35,682 bases of DNA from Methanobacteriota archaeon (GTDB lineage Archaea; JAADCQ01; Methanopyri; Methanopyrales; Methanopyraceae). Below, in pieces: positions 18,250 to 26,467 of this stretch. The DNA is taken from the NCBI GenBank assembly GCA_027064305.1, contig JAMOPY010000028.1, forward strand, positions 1 through 35,682, written 5' to 3'. The notes under the pieces were generated by a model. The model made no database searches. It saw only the letters and a program-made list of their open reading frames with translations, and was not told the DNA's origin. The position numbers and the translations under genes are program-made. The stretch's first letter is position 1. Every line of letters starts with the position of its first letter.

Positions 18250-19480
18250 GGACGCGTCCCCCCGGGGCAACGTGCGCGTGGTGGACGTGGAGACGGGCGA
18301 GGAGGTGCCCATCTCGCACAAGGTGCCCGTGGGTCCCAACCATCCCATCCTCAAGGAGCCGCTGCGCATCAAGCTGGCCGTGCGCGGGGAGGAGGTCGTC
18401 GACTGCAAGGTGGAGATGGGCTACTGCCACCGCGGGATCGAGCGGATCATGGAGGGGATGCCGTGGCAGAAGGCCGCGTTCCTGGCCGAACGCGTCTGCG
18501 GGATCTGCTCCCACGCGCACAACATGTGCTTCATCGGGGGCGTGGAGCGCACGGCCGAGGGCGAGCCCGCCCCGCGGGGCCTCTTCCTGCGCGTGCTCGT
18601 CCAGGAGCTGGACCGTATCCAGTCGCACCTGATCGCCAACGCGGCGTACTTTTACTCCATCGAGCATGAGACGATGTTCGTCTGGAACATGAACACGCGG
18701 GAGCGCGTCCTGGACTGCATCGAGGAGATCACGGGCAACCGCATCCTCACCGGCTGGAACGTCGTGGGCGGGGTGCGGGTCGACGTCACGGAGGACCAGC
18801 TGGAGCGCGTGCTCGAGACCCTGGAGAAGGTCGAGGAGGACGTGAAGGCGTACCGCCGCATCGCCCAGACGGACCCCCTCATCAAGCTCCGCTCCCGCGG
18901 CGTGGGCGTGATCACGAAGGAGCACGTCCGCCGGTACCGCGTCGTCGGCCCCCAGGCCCGCGCCTCCGGCGTGCCCGAGTCCGACATGCGGCTCCAGGAG
19001 CCCGTGTACCCGGAGCTCGGCTTCAAGCCCGTCTCCCGCAAGCGGGGCGACAACCTGGCCCGCATCCTCGTCCGGTACGACGAGTGCCTCCAGTCCATCG
19101 ACCTCATCGAGCGGATCGTGGACGAGCTCCCCGAGGGAGAGCACCGCCGCGAGCTGGAGATCCGGGGTGGTCACGTCGACCACCGGGTTGAGGCGCCCCG
19201 GGGCGAGCTCGTCTACGACATGGAGCTCACCCAGGGCGGGGTCGTCCGGCGCGTCACCATCCGCACGCCCTCCGTGCCCAACATCCGCGTCCTGGAGGCG
19301 ATCGCCCCGGGCGCCCCCACCATCGCCGACGCCGTCGCCGTCTACGCGAGCCTGGACCCGTGCGTCGCGTGCAACGAGCGGTTCGTGATCGTGGACCGGG
19401 ACCGCGGCGAGATCCTCTACGAGGGCCGGGCCCGGGAGGTGATGAGGGAATGCTCCCGGACTACCTCGGGCAGATCCTGA
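18227..19480 (+). CDS. ehaO: Eha group 4 [NiFe]-hydrogenase large subunit
   Basis: GPNHP..KEP, GYCHRGIE, L1 ERVCGICSHAH, EAPRGE, L2 DPCVACNER followed by a C-terminal extension. Confidence 0.93.
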   Translation: MERRREGRDASPRGNVRVVDVETGEEVPISHKVPVGPNHPILKEPLRIKLAVRGEEVVDCKVEMGYCHRGIERIMEGMPWQKAAFLAERVCGICSHAHNMCFIGGVERTAEGEPAPRGLFLRVLVQELDRIQSHLIANAAYFYSIEHETMFVWNMNTRERVLDCIEEITGNRILTGWNVVGGVRVDVTEDQLERVLETLEKVEEDVKAYRRIAQTDPLIKLRSRGVGVITKEHVRRYRVVGPQARASGVPESDMRLQEPVYPELGFKPVSRKRGDNLARILVRYDECLQSIDLIERIVDELPEGEHRRELEIRGGHVDHRVEAPRGELVYDMELTQGGVVRRVTIRTPSVPNIRVLEAIAPGAPTIADAVAVYASLDPCVACNERFVIVDRDRGEILYEGRAREVMRECSRTTSGRS

Positions 19481-20040
19481 CCCGCAAGGGCGGCAAGCGG
19501 CTGCTCGACGCGCACTCCCCCCGCCGGATCCTCGACCGACCGCCCCGGTTCCGGGACTTCCCCCGGATCGACCTCGACCGGTGCGTCGTATGCGGCGCCT
19601 GCGCGGACGCTTGCCCCGTCGGGGAGGCCGAGAACCAGCCCCCCGCCCTGGAAATGGGGGACCGGGGGCCCGTCCTCCACCGCGAGCGGTGCATCCGATG
19701 CGGCCTGTGCGCGGAGGTCTGCCCCGTGGGCGCCATCGAGGTCGGCACGCTCGCCGAGGAGGTGAAGGAGCGGGTCGTCCCTTCCAAGCCCGCCCGGGTC
19801 GTCGTCGACCGGGACCTGTGCGTGGGCTGCGGCCGGTGCCAGGAGGTTTGTCCTTCGGACGCCATCGAGGTGGACGAGACCGCCAGCGTCGACCCGGAGC
19901 GCTGCGTGCTCTGCGAGCGGTGCATCCAGGCGTGCCCCGTCGCCGGGGCGATCAAGCTGATCCCGCTGGACGTAGAGGAGCTCGCGAGGCGCTGGACCGA
20001 GCACCTGAAGGAGGCCCTCCGCCGGGCCCGGGAGGGGTGA
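19450..20040 (+). CDS. ehaP: Eha-associated polyferredoxin, 4 x [4Fe-4S] motifs, NuoI-like N-terminus
   Basis: ATG 19450; PPRFRDFP followed by four CxxCxxCxxxCP motifs. Symbol from position. Confidence 0.8.
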   Translation: MLPDYLGQILTRKGGKRLLDAHSPRRILDRPPRFRDFPRIDLDRCVVCGACADACPVGEAENQPPALEMGDRGPVLHRERCIRCGLCAEVCPVGAIEVGTLAEEVKERVVPSKPARVVVDRDLCVGCGRCQEVCPSDAIEVDETASVDPERCVLCERCIQACPVAGAIKLIPLDVEELARRWTEHLKEALRRAREG

Positions 20041-20044
20041 GTCC

Positions 20045-21190
20045 GTGGTCGAAGTCCACTTCCACCTCGACGACCGGCTCACGAACGTCCGCGTCAACCT
20101 CGCCCGCGTCGAGCGCCCGGAGGAGTGCGTCGCCTGCGGCCTGTGCGCGGAGGTCTGCCCCGTGGGCGCCATCGAGGTGGAGGACCGGGTGAGGCTGGAC
20201 GAGGGGCGCTGCGTGGGCTGCTCGCTGTGCGTGCAGGCCTGCCCCCGACGCGTGCTGAGGTACTACGAGCTCACCTTCGAGGACTCGGAACCCCGCACGC
20301 GCCCCGTCCAGGTCCCTCGGGCCGAGCCGGAGGTCCGCTCCATCCGCGTGGACCTGGACGTCTGCGAGGAGTGTGAGGGGAAGCCGTGCCTGGAGGCCTG
20401 CCCCGAGGACGTGATGCGGCGCGTCATCGAGGAGCACGTGATCGACCTCGACGCGTGCCGCGGCTGCCTGGAGTGCGTCAAGGTGTGCCCGCACGGCGCG
20501 GTGTCCATCGAGCTGGACGTGCCCGAGCTGGAGACCCGGGACCCACCGACGCTGAACCGCGAGCTGTGCGTCGAGTGCGACAGGTGCCACGAGGTCTGCC
20601 CCACGGGCGCCACGGAGAACGTGCCGGCCGGCAGCCCCGATCCCGACGCGTGCATCGGATGCTACGTCTGCGTCGCCCACTGCCCGACCGAGGCCCTCAA
20701 GCGCCCGGACCACCGACCGCGCCCGCGCCGGACGGAGCGCGTGTACTTCATCGACCCGGAGCTGTGCATCGGGTGCCGGATCTGCTACGAGGCCTGCCCG
20801 GTCGGGGCCGTTGAGATCGAGGAGGAGACCCGCATGCCGGTGATCACGCCGTCCGAGTGCGTCCGGTGCGGCCTGTGCGCCGAGGCCTGTCCCACCTCGG
20901 CCATCGACACCGTGCCGACGGACCGGGCGGAGCGGGAGGTCAGGCGGGCCCTCGTGGGCAACGCCTTCCTGCGCACCCTCCAGGAGCTCCTCCGATCGCG
21001 GGCCGAGCGGGAGTTCGGATCCCTGGAGGAGCGGGAGCGCCGGCTCCGGCGCCGGCTGGAGCGGAAGCTAGAGAGGAGGCTGAAGCGTGAGGCGCTCCGT
21101 CGGGAGGTCCGAGAGGAGGTGGAGGAGGCGCTGCGCGAGCTCGTGCTGCGGGTGGGTCTCGAGCATGGTGAGGACCTGGACCGAGGTTAG
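20045..21190 (+). CDS. Polyferredoxin, 8 x [4Fe-4S] motifs plus C-terminal charged helix
   Basis: Seven CxxCxxCxxxCP motifs and one CxxCxxxxCxxxCP motif. Confidence 0.88.
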   Translation: MVEVHFHLDDRLTNVRVNLARVERPEECVACGLCAEVCPVGAIEVEDRVRLDEGRCVGCSLCVQACPRRVLRYYELTFEDSEPRTRPVQVPRAEPEVRSIRVDLDVCEECEGKPCLEACPEDVMRRVIEEHVIDLDACRGCLECVKVCPHGAVSIELDVPELETRDPPTLNRELCVECDRCHEVCPTGATENVPAGSPDPDACIGCYVCVAHCPTEALKRPDHRPRPRRTERVYFIDPELCIGCRICYEACPVGAVEIEEETRMPVITPSECVRCGLCAEACPTSAIDTVPTDRAEREVRRALVGNAFLRTLQELLRSRAEREFGSLEERERRLRRRLERKLERRLKREALRREVREEVEEALRELVLRVGLEHGEDLDRG

Positions 21191-21191
21191 G

Positions 21192-21605
21192 ATGGTGAGG
21201 GTCATCCCGAGGCTGTGCCGGGGCTGCGGCCTCTGCGAGCGGGAGTGCCCGGTGGACGCGATCACCGTTCGGGATGGGGTGGCTCGAATCGATGGGGATC
21301 GGTGCGTACGGTGCGGCCTGTGCGTGAGGGTGTGCCCCTTCGACGCCCTCCTCATGGGCCGCGCGTACGCTCAGGAGGGCGAGGAGCGGGTGGAGCTGCT
21401 AGGCGGGCCCCCGGACGTTCGGGTCCGGGTGATCGAGGAGCGGTGCGTGGGGTGTCAGGCCTGCTCCTCCTCCTGCCCCTTCGACGCCCTCTTCGGGAAC
21501 AAGGGGTCCCCTCCCGAGCTGGATGAGGAGCGGTGCGTGGGGTGCCTGGAGTGCGTGAGGGTGTGTCCCGCCCGGGCCATTAAGCCCGTGGGGGAGGAGC
21601 GTTGA
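21192..21605 (+). CDS. Polyferredoxin, 4 x [4Fe-4S] motifs
   Basis: ATG 21192 after GAGGT; four CxxCxxCxxxCP motifs. Confidence 0.85.
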   Translation: MVRVIPRLCRGCGLCERECPVDAITVRDGVARIDGDRCVRCGLCVRVCPFDALLMGRAYAQEGEERVELLGGPPDVRVRVIEERCVGCQACSSSCPFDALFGNKGSPPELDEERCVGCLECVRVCPARAIKPVGEER

Positions 21606-22363
21606 GCGCCCGGGAGAGCGTTCCGCTGGACGAGCTGGTGGACCGGGTGCTGGAGCGCGTGGAGGGGGCGGACGAGGAGCTCGTCGCCCGCGTGGCCGCC
21701 GAGGTGGGGCCCGTCCGCCGGGAGTTCGTGATCGTGGACGGGGAGCGGTGCGTGGGGTGCAAGATCTGCTACGAGGAGTGCCCGGTGGACGCGATCTCGG
21801 AGCCGGACCCCAACAACCCGCCCGAGATCGACCACGACCGGTGCGTGAGCTGCCGGCTGTGCGCGAAGTCCTGCCCCGTGGACGCGCTCAGCGTGGTCCG
21901 CGGTGAGGCGCGGGTGCGGGGGAAGGAGGTGGAGATCCTGCTCGACCGGGTGGAGGTGATCCGTCGGAAGATCGACGTGCGGGAGGCGCGGTTGGACGAG
22001 TCCAGGTGCGTTCAGTGCGGCCTCTGCCGTCAGGTCTGCCCGGTGGACGCGCCCGACCTGGAGCGGTTGGAGATCGATCTGGACCGGTGCGTGGGCTGCC
22101 GCGCGTGCGAGCACGCCTGCCCGACGGACGCGATCCGGATCCGCCGGCGGCTGGAGTCCCCCCGGTTTGAGCGGGAGATCGAGCTGGATCAGGATTCCTG
22201 CATCGGGTGCGGGGTGTGCGTGGAGGTCTGCCCGGTGGACGCGGTGGAGATGGAGGGGGACGTGGCGAGCATCGATTACGATCGGTGCATCCGGTGCGGG
22301 GAGTGCGCCCGGAACTGCCCGGCGGGCGCGATCCGCGTCCGGGAGCGGGGTGAGGAGGGTTGA
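21602..22363 (+). CDS. Polyferredoxin, 6 x [4Fe-4S] motifs
   Basis: Six CxxCxxCxxxCP motifs. Confidence 0.88.
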   Translation: MSARESVPLDELVDRVLERVEGADEELVARVAAEVGPVRREFVIVDGERCVGCKICYEECPVDAISEPDPNNPPEIDHDRCVSCRLCAKSCPVDALSVVRGEARVRGKEVEILLDRVEVIRRKIDVREARLDESRCVQCGLCRQVCPVDAPDLERLEIDLDRCVGCRACEHACPTDAIRIRRRLESPRFEREIELDQDSCIGCGVCVEVCPVDAVEMEGDVASIDYDRCIRCGECARNCPAGAIRVRERGEEG

Positions 22364-23001
22364 GGGCGGACCGGTGGGCGACGAGTGAGTACCCGGAGGT
22401 GCGGGTGGACGACGACCTGGAGCGGGCCGCGCGCGAGCTGTCCCGGTACTCGGAGTACACGGCGGTCGTGGTGGACGACTCCGGCCGGCTGGCGGGCCTC
22501 GTGACCTCCAACGACGTGTGCCGGGGCCTTTTGGCCGGTGCCGAGCGGGTGGAGGAGGTCTCTCGGCGGCCCGAGTCGCTCTCCCCTTCGGACCCGATCA
22601 CCGAGGCCGTGCGGATGATGATGGACTCGGACCTCACGCTGGTCCCGCTGGTCGAGGACGACATGAGCGTGGTGGGCGTGGTCACGCTGCGGACGGTCGT
22701 GGAGCTGATGTCGAAGCTGTACGACACCCCGGTGGAGAAGCTGCTGCGCGAGGTGTACGAGCACGCCCCCGGGATCTCGTGGGAGGAATTTATAGAGGCG
22801 GCGACGCTGGTGTTCAACCGGGAGCTGGGCCGGGACGTGTCCCCGGAGGAGTTCGAGCGGAAGATCAGCGATCGGACGTTCGGGTACGTGCTGTGGCTTA
22901 TGGGCGGGCTCGAGCGGATGTTCGTGTACCTGTTCAAGCTGGGGGAGGCCGTCGTGGCCCGCCGGGTGGCTAAGAGGCGGCGGGAGCTGAGGCGGTCTTA
23001 G
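22360..23001 (+). CDS. CBS-pair domain protein
   Basis: AVVVDDSGRLAGLVTSNDV and LVPLVEDDMSVVGVVTLRTV; TTGA overlap with the last polyferredoxin. Confidence 0.82.
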   Translation: MRADRWATSEYPEVRVDDDLERAARELSRYSEYTAVVVDDSGRLAGLVTSNDVCRGLLAGAERVEEVSRRPESLSPSDPITEAVRMMMDSDLTLVPLVEDDMSVVGVVTLRTVVELMSKLYDTPVEKLLREVYEHAPGISWEEFIEAATLVFNRELGRDVSPEEFERKISDRTFGYVLWLMGGLERMFVYLFKLGEAVVARRVAKRRRELRRS

Positions 23002-23014
23002 CCCCCCGCCCGCG

Positions 23015-23027
23015 CCAAAGTTATATG
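23015..23027 (+). promoter_or_regulatory. Archaeal BRE/TATA promoter
   Basis: CCAAAG then TTATATG about 45 nt upstream of ATG 23072, with RBS GAGGGGG at 23054-23060. Confidence 0.7.
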
Positions 23028-23071
23028 ATGCGAAACGTTACACGAGCCTGAACGAGGGGGCGGTCCCGCGT

Positions 23072-23524
23072 ATGGTGCGGGACGACGAGATCGCCGCGCT
23101 GACCCAGCTCCGGCTGGAGCGGGTGGCCAAGAGCCGCCCCCGTGGGGACCTGTGGGAGTTCCTGAAGCGGGCCTACGAGAAGGGCGTGAAGGTGGACGCG
23201 GGCCACCTGATCATCCTCTCCGTGCTGGAGGAGGCGAACCGGCTCCTCGACCAGCTGTCCCAGGCCGTGGGGGAGAAGAAGGCCAAGCAGATCCTCAAGG
23301 AGGCCGGGATCTACACGCGCTCGGGGAACTACGTGAGCGGCGAGCTCCTGAAGGAGTTCATCAACCGGGAGAGCCGGGTGGCCGTGCACAACCGGGTCAA
23401 GGACCTGCGCAAGATGGGGTTCAAGATCGACGGTAAGCCGGGTCCGGACGGCGGGTACGCGCTGGTCCAGGTCCCGGAGTGGTACCGAAAGAGCGTGAGG
23501 TCGGGCTCCGAGGAGTCGGAGTGA
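23072..23524 (+). CDS. Putative DNA-binding protein with C-terminal BirA/HTH_11-like winged helix
   Basis: YVSGELL..SRVAVHNRVKDLRKMGFKIDGKPGPDGGYAL. Confidence 0.7.
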   Translation: MVRDDEIAALTQLRLERVAKSRPRGDLWEFLKRAYEKGVKVDAGHLIILSVLEEANRLLDQLSQAVGEKKAKQILKEAGIYTRSGNYVSGELLKEFINRESRVAVHNRVKDLRKMGFKIDGKPGPDGGYALVQVPEWYRKSVRSGSEESE

Positions 23525-23526
23525 GG

Positions 23527-24798
23527 TCAGTCCAGCACCTCGACCTCGCCCACGTCGCGGACCATGCCCTTGACCCGGCCCACCACCTTCTCGCTGACCT
23601 CCACGTACAGCTCGACCCCGTCCTCGGACCACCGCTCGTCCAGCACCTTCCCCAGGTCGTGCAGCCGGGAGATCACCCGCATGCTGCGCGGGTCCGCGGG
23701 GAGCCGCACGCGCACGTTCCGCCAGTACCGGGACAGCACGGCCCGGAGGCGCTCCCGCAGCTCGTCCAGCCCCTCCCCGGTCTTCGCCGAGACGATGACC
23801 GGGTTCGAGACCATCCCCTCGAGCGCCTCCAGCCGGCGCTCCGCCTCCTCCCACCCGACGAGGTCGGCCTTGTTGAGCGCCGTGACGATGGGGGACCGGG
23901 CCCCGATCTCGTCCAGCACCCGGTGACACACCCGCAGCTTCCGCCGGATCTCGCTCGGCTCCTCGCTCACGTCCACGACCAGCAGGATCAGGTCGGCCCG
24001 GGCCGTCTCCTCCAGCGTCGACTTGAAGGACTCGACCAGCCAGTGCGGCAGGTTGTCCACGAACCCGACCGTGTCCGTGAGCAGGACCCGGTGCCCGTCC
24101 AGGTTCAGCGCCCGCGTGGTCGTGTCCAGCGTGGAGAACATCCGCTCGTCCACGCGCACCCGCTCGTCCGTGAGCCGCCGCATCAGGGTGCTCTTGCCCG
24201 CGCAGGTGTAGCCGGCGAGCGTCACGAGCTCGAAGCCGAGCCGGCGCCGGTGCTTCCGCTTCAGCTCCCGGTCCCGCTCGATCTGCCGCAGCTTCCGCTC
24301 GATCCGGGCGATCTTCCGCCGGATCATCTCCTCGTACTTGTCCGCCTCGTACTTACCCAGGCCCCGAAAGCCCGGCCGTTCCTCCCGCTTCGCCAGGTTC
24401 ACCATCTCCCGGGCCCGGGGCAGCTCGTACTTGAGCCGAGCGAGCTTAACCTGCAGCTTGGCCTCCTTGGTCCGGGCCCGCTGCGCGAAGATCTCGAGGA
24501 TCAGCTGGAACCGGTCGATGACCCGGACCCCGAACTCGCCCGCCAGGTTGTACGCCTGCACCGGCTTGAGCTCGTTCTCGAAGATCACCCGGTCCACGTC
24601 GTGCTCCCGGACGAACCGGGCGATCTCCCTCACCTTGCCCCGACCGATGTTGTACCGCGGGTCCTCGTGTCGAAGCTGCTTGAACCTGCCGACGACCTCG
24701 TAGCCGGCGGATTCGGCCAGCTGCTCCAGCTCGTCCAGTCGGCTCTCCTGACCCCACTCCAGGCGCTCAACCAGGACTGCCCTGGGACGATCGGGCAA
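23527..24798 (-). CDS. hflX: Ribosome-associated GTPase HflX
   Basis: ELEQLAESAG, LILEIFAQRARTKEAKLQV, GYTCAGKST, FSTLDTTTR, DTVGF, NKAD, SAKTG. Confidence 0.95.
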   Translation of the reverse strand: MPDRPRAVLVERLEWGQESRLDELEQLAESAGYEVVGRFKQLRHEDPRYNIGRGKVREIARFVREHDVDRVIFENELKPVQAYNLAGEFGVRVIDRFQLILEIFAQRARTKEAKLQVKLARLKYELPRAREMVNLAKREERPGFRGLGKYEADKYEEMIRRKIARIERKLRQIERDRELKRKHRRRLGFELVTLAGYTCAGKSTLMRRLTDERVRVDERMFSTLDTTTRALNLDGHRVLLTDTVGFVDNLPHWLVESFKSTLEETARADLILLVVDVSEEPSEIRRKLRVCHRVLDEIGARSPIVTALNKADLVGWEEAERRLEALEGMVSNPVIVSAKTGEGLDELRERLRAVLSRYWRNVRVRLPADPRSMRVISRLHDLGKVLDERWSEDGVELYVEVSEKVVGRVKGMVRDVGEVEVLD

Positions 24799-25183
24799 CC
24801 TTCAACCCCATCTTGACGCCCTTGTAGACGCCGTAAGCCAGCTTGTGGGCCATCTCCACCACCTCGCGCTCCGCCACCGTCTCCGCGTACTTGAACGGGG
24901 CGCCCAGCAGGGCGGACACGCGCCACTCGGGCTCCCCGAAGAACTCGCCCGGCTCGGCCACGACCGTGAACTCGTCCGCCTTGTCCACCCCGTTCAGCGC
25001 CCGGGAGACCTCCTCCGCGAGCGTCCGCAGGTTGGGAGGCTCGGACGTCCTCACGACGAAGACGTTCACGTCCCGAACCGAGAAGACGTTGAACCCGTCC
25101 ACCTCGGCGGAGACGCACGCCGTGATCCTATTATATCGGCCGTCCTCCTCGACGTGGCGCCCTGAGATATCCACCCCGACCAC
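24767..25183 (-). CDS. Conserved archaeal hypothetical protein (DUF2209-like)
   Basis: VGVDISGRH N-terminal motif and FKYAETVAERE..AH; the upstream part of the track ORF is a shadow of the divergent genes. Confidence 0.68.
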   Translation of the reverse strand: MVGVDISGRHVEEDGRYNRITACVSAEVDGFNVFSVRDVNVFVVRTSEPPNLRTLAEEVSRALNGVDKADEFTVVAEPGEFFGEPEWRVSALLGAPFKYAETVAEREVVEMAHKLAYGVYKGVKMGLKVARSSQGSPG

Positions 25184-25231
25184 GTTTGTGCGCTCCAGAG
25201 TCGACCCCCCGGCGGGGTGGACACGCTGACC

Positions 25232-25618
25232 GTGTTTATAATCGTGCGCTCCGACTCCTACGAGAAGATCCTCAACTGCCTGTCCGATGTGGAAAGGTAC
25301 GCGGGTATTAAAATCTTGGGCAAGCCTCGTATCCTCAGCCCCGACGTGGCCAACACCATCGTCCGCGAGCTGCTCGGAGAGGTCAAGCGGCCGTACCCGG
25401 TGGCCGCCATCGCCCAGGCGGAGGGGGAGCCGGCCGAGATCATCGAGAAGATCTCGAAGATCCACCCGCCCGGGCACGTGATCGTCGTCACGCCCCGGCA
25501 CGGGGACATCTACCGGGGCCTCCTCCGCCGGTTCGCCAAGTTCGAGGAACTGCGCGGGTACCACCCACCCAAGCGGAGGATCGGGACGGATGAGGACCGG
25601 GAACAGGAGGAAGGCTGA
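25232..25618 (+). CDS. Conserved archaeal protein (DUF356-like)
   Basis: IIVRSDSYEK..L.DVERYAG..GKPRI and KIHPPGHVIVV; start at GTG 25232 (or 25217). Confidence 0.72.
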   Translation: MFIIVRSDSYEKILNCLSDVERYAGIKILGKPRILSPDVANTIVRELLGEVKRPYPVAAIAQAEGEPAEIIEKISKIHPPGHVIVVTPRHGDIYRGLLRRFAKFEELRGYHPPKRRIGTDEDREQEEG

Positions 25619-26135
25619 GCGGCTCCGCCGGCTGTTCCCGGACGAGGTGGAGTACCACCGGGACGACGACTTCGTGGTGACGTGCCCCACCCGGCTCTGC
25701 TTCGTGCCGACCCCGATCGACGCCGTGATCCGGATCCTGGAGCGCCTGAGGCCGGGCCCGGAGGACCTGGTGGTGGACCTGGGGTGCGGTGACGGTCGGT
25801 TCGTGGCGGCCGCCGCCTACCTGTGCGGGTGCCGGGGGGTGGGCGTGGACGCGCGGGAGGACGTGCTGCGGGTCGCGCGCCGTAAGTGCGAAACGCTGGG
25901 CGTAGACGATAAAACGACATTTATACGGGCCGACGTACGGGAGGTGGACCTCCGCGGGCTGGATCCGGACCTGGTGTTCGTGTACCTTTTCCCGTCGCTC
26001 CTGCGCGAGCTCGCGGAGGAGCTGGCCGCGTGCGGCGCCACGGTCGTCAGCTACACGTTCCCGATCGAGGCGCTCGGACCGGCCCGGGTGCTGAAGCTGG
26101 GCGAGCGTCGACGCGCGTACGTGTACGAGCCTTAA
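25590..26135 (+). CDS. Class I SAM-dependent methyltransferase (protein-lysine MTase-like)
   Basis: FVPTP, VVDLGCGDGR, GVGVD, VFVYLFP, VVSYTF. Confidence 0.85.
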   Translation: MRTGNRRKAERLRRLFPDEVEYHRDDDFVVTCPTRLCFVPTPIDAVIRILERLRPGPEDLVVDLGCGDGRFVAAAAYLCGCRGVGVDAREDVLRVARRKCETLGVDDKTTFIRADVREVDLRGLDPDLVFVYLFPSLLRELAEELAACGATVVSYTFPIEALGPARVLKLGERRRAYVYEP

Positions 26136-26148
26136 GGGGACGCCGGTC

Positions 26149-26463
26149 TTGAACGAGCTGATTAGGGCCGCGATCGACCGGTTCCGGTCCAGCCGCCGGC
26201 TCAGGTCTCAGATCCTCGGGATCTCGGGCCTCACCCCGCGGAAGGATCGGGCCGTGGAGGTGGCGACGGGAGCGCGGCTCGTGGAGGAGGCGCTGGAGGT
26301 ACGGGACGCCGTGCGCCGCGGGGACCGGGAGAAGGTGCTCGAGGAGCTGGGAGACCTGCTGATCGAGGTGGAGGCCTTCATGACCGCCCACGAGATTAAT
26401 TTGGAGGACGTGCGGCGTTTCCAGTCCCGCAAGCAGCGCGAGCTCGGGCAGCTGGAGGGCTAG
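26149..26463 (+). CDS. MazG-like all-alpha NTP pyrophosphohydrolase
   Basis: LVEEALEVRDAV..EKVLEELGDLL (EExxE..EExxD). Confidence 0.72.
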   Translation: MNELIRAAIDRFRSSRRLRSQILGISGLTPRKDRAVEVATGARLVEEALEVRDAVRRGDREKVLEELGDLLIEVEAFMTAHEINLEDVRRFQSRKQRELGQLEG

Positions 26464-26467
26464 TTGC

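Noticed and set aside
18227-19480. Possible selenocysteine in the hydrogenase large subunit
   Set aside because: The L1 and L2 motifs use Cys codons and there is no in-frame TGA; the hairpin at 29151-29187 lacks the archaeal SECIS GAA/A layout.
23025-23051. ATGATGC...CTGA resembling a C/D half-motif
   Set aside because: The C box is imperfect, the spacer is 16 nt, there is no second box pair, and it overlaps a TATA box; a promoter explains it better.
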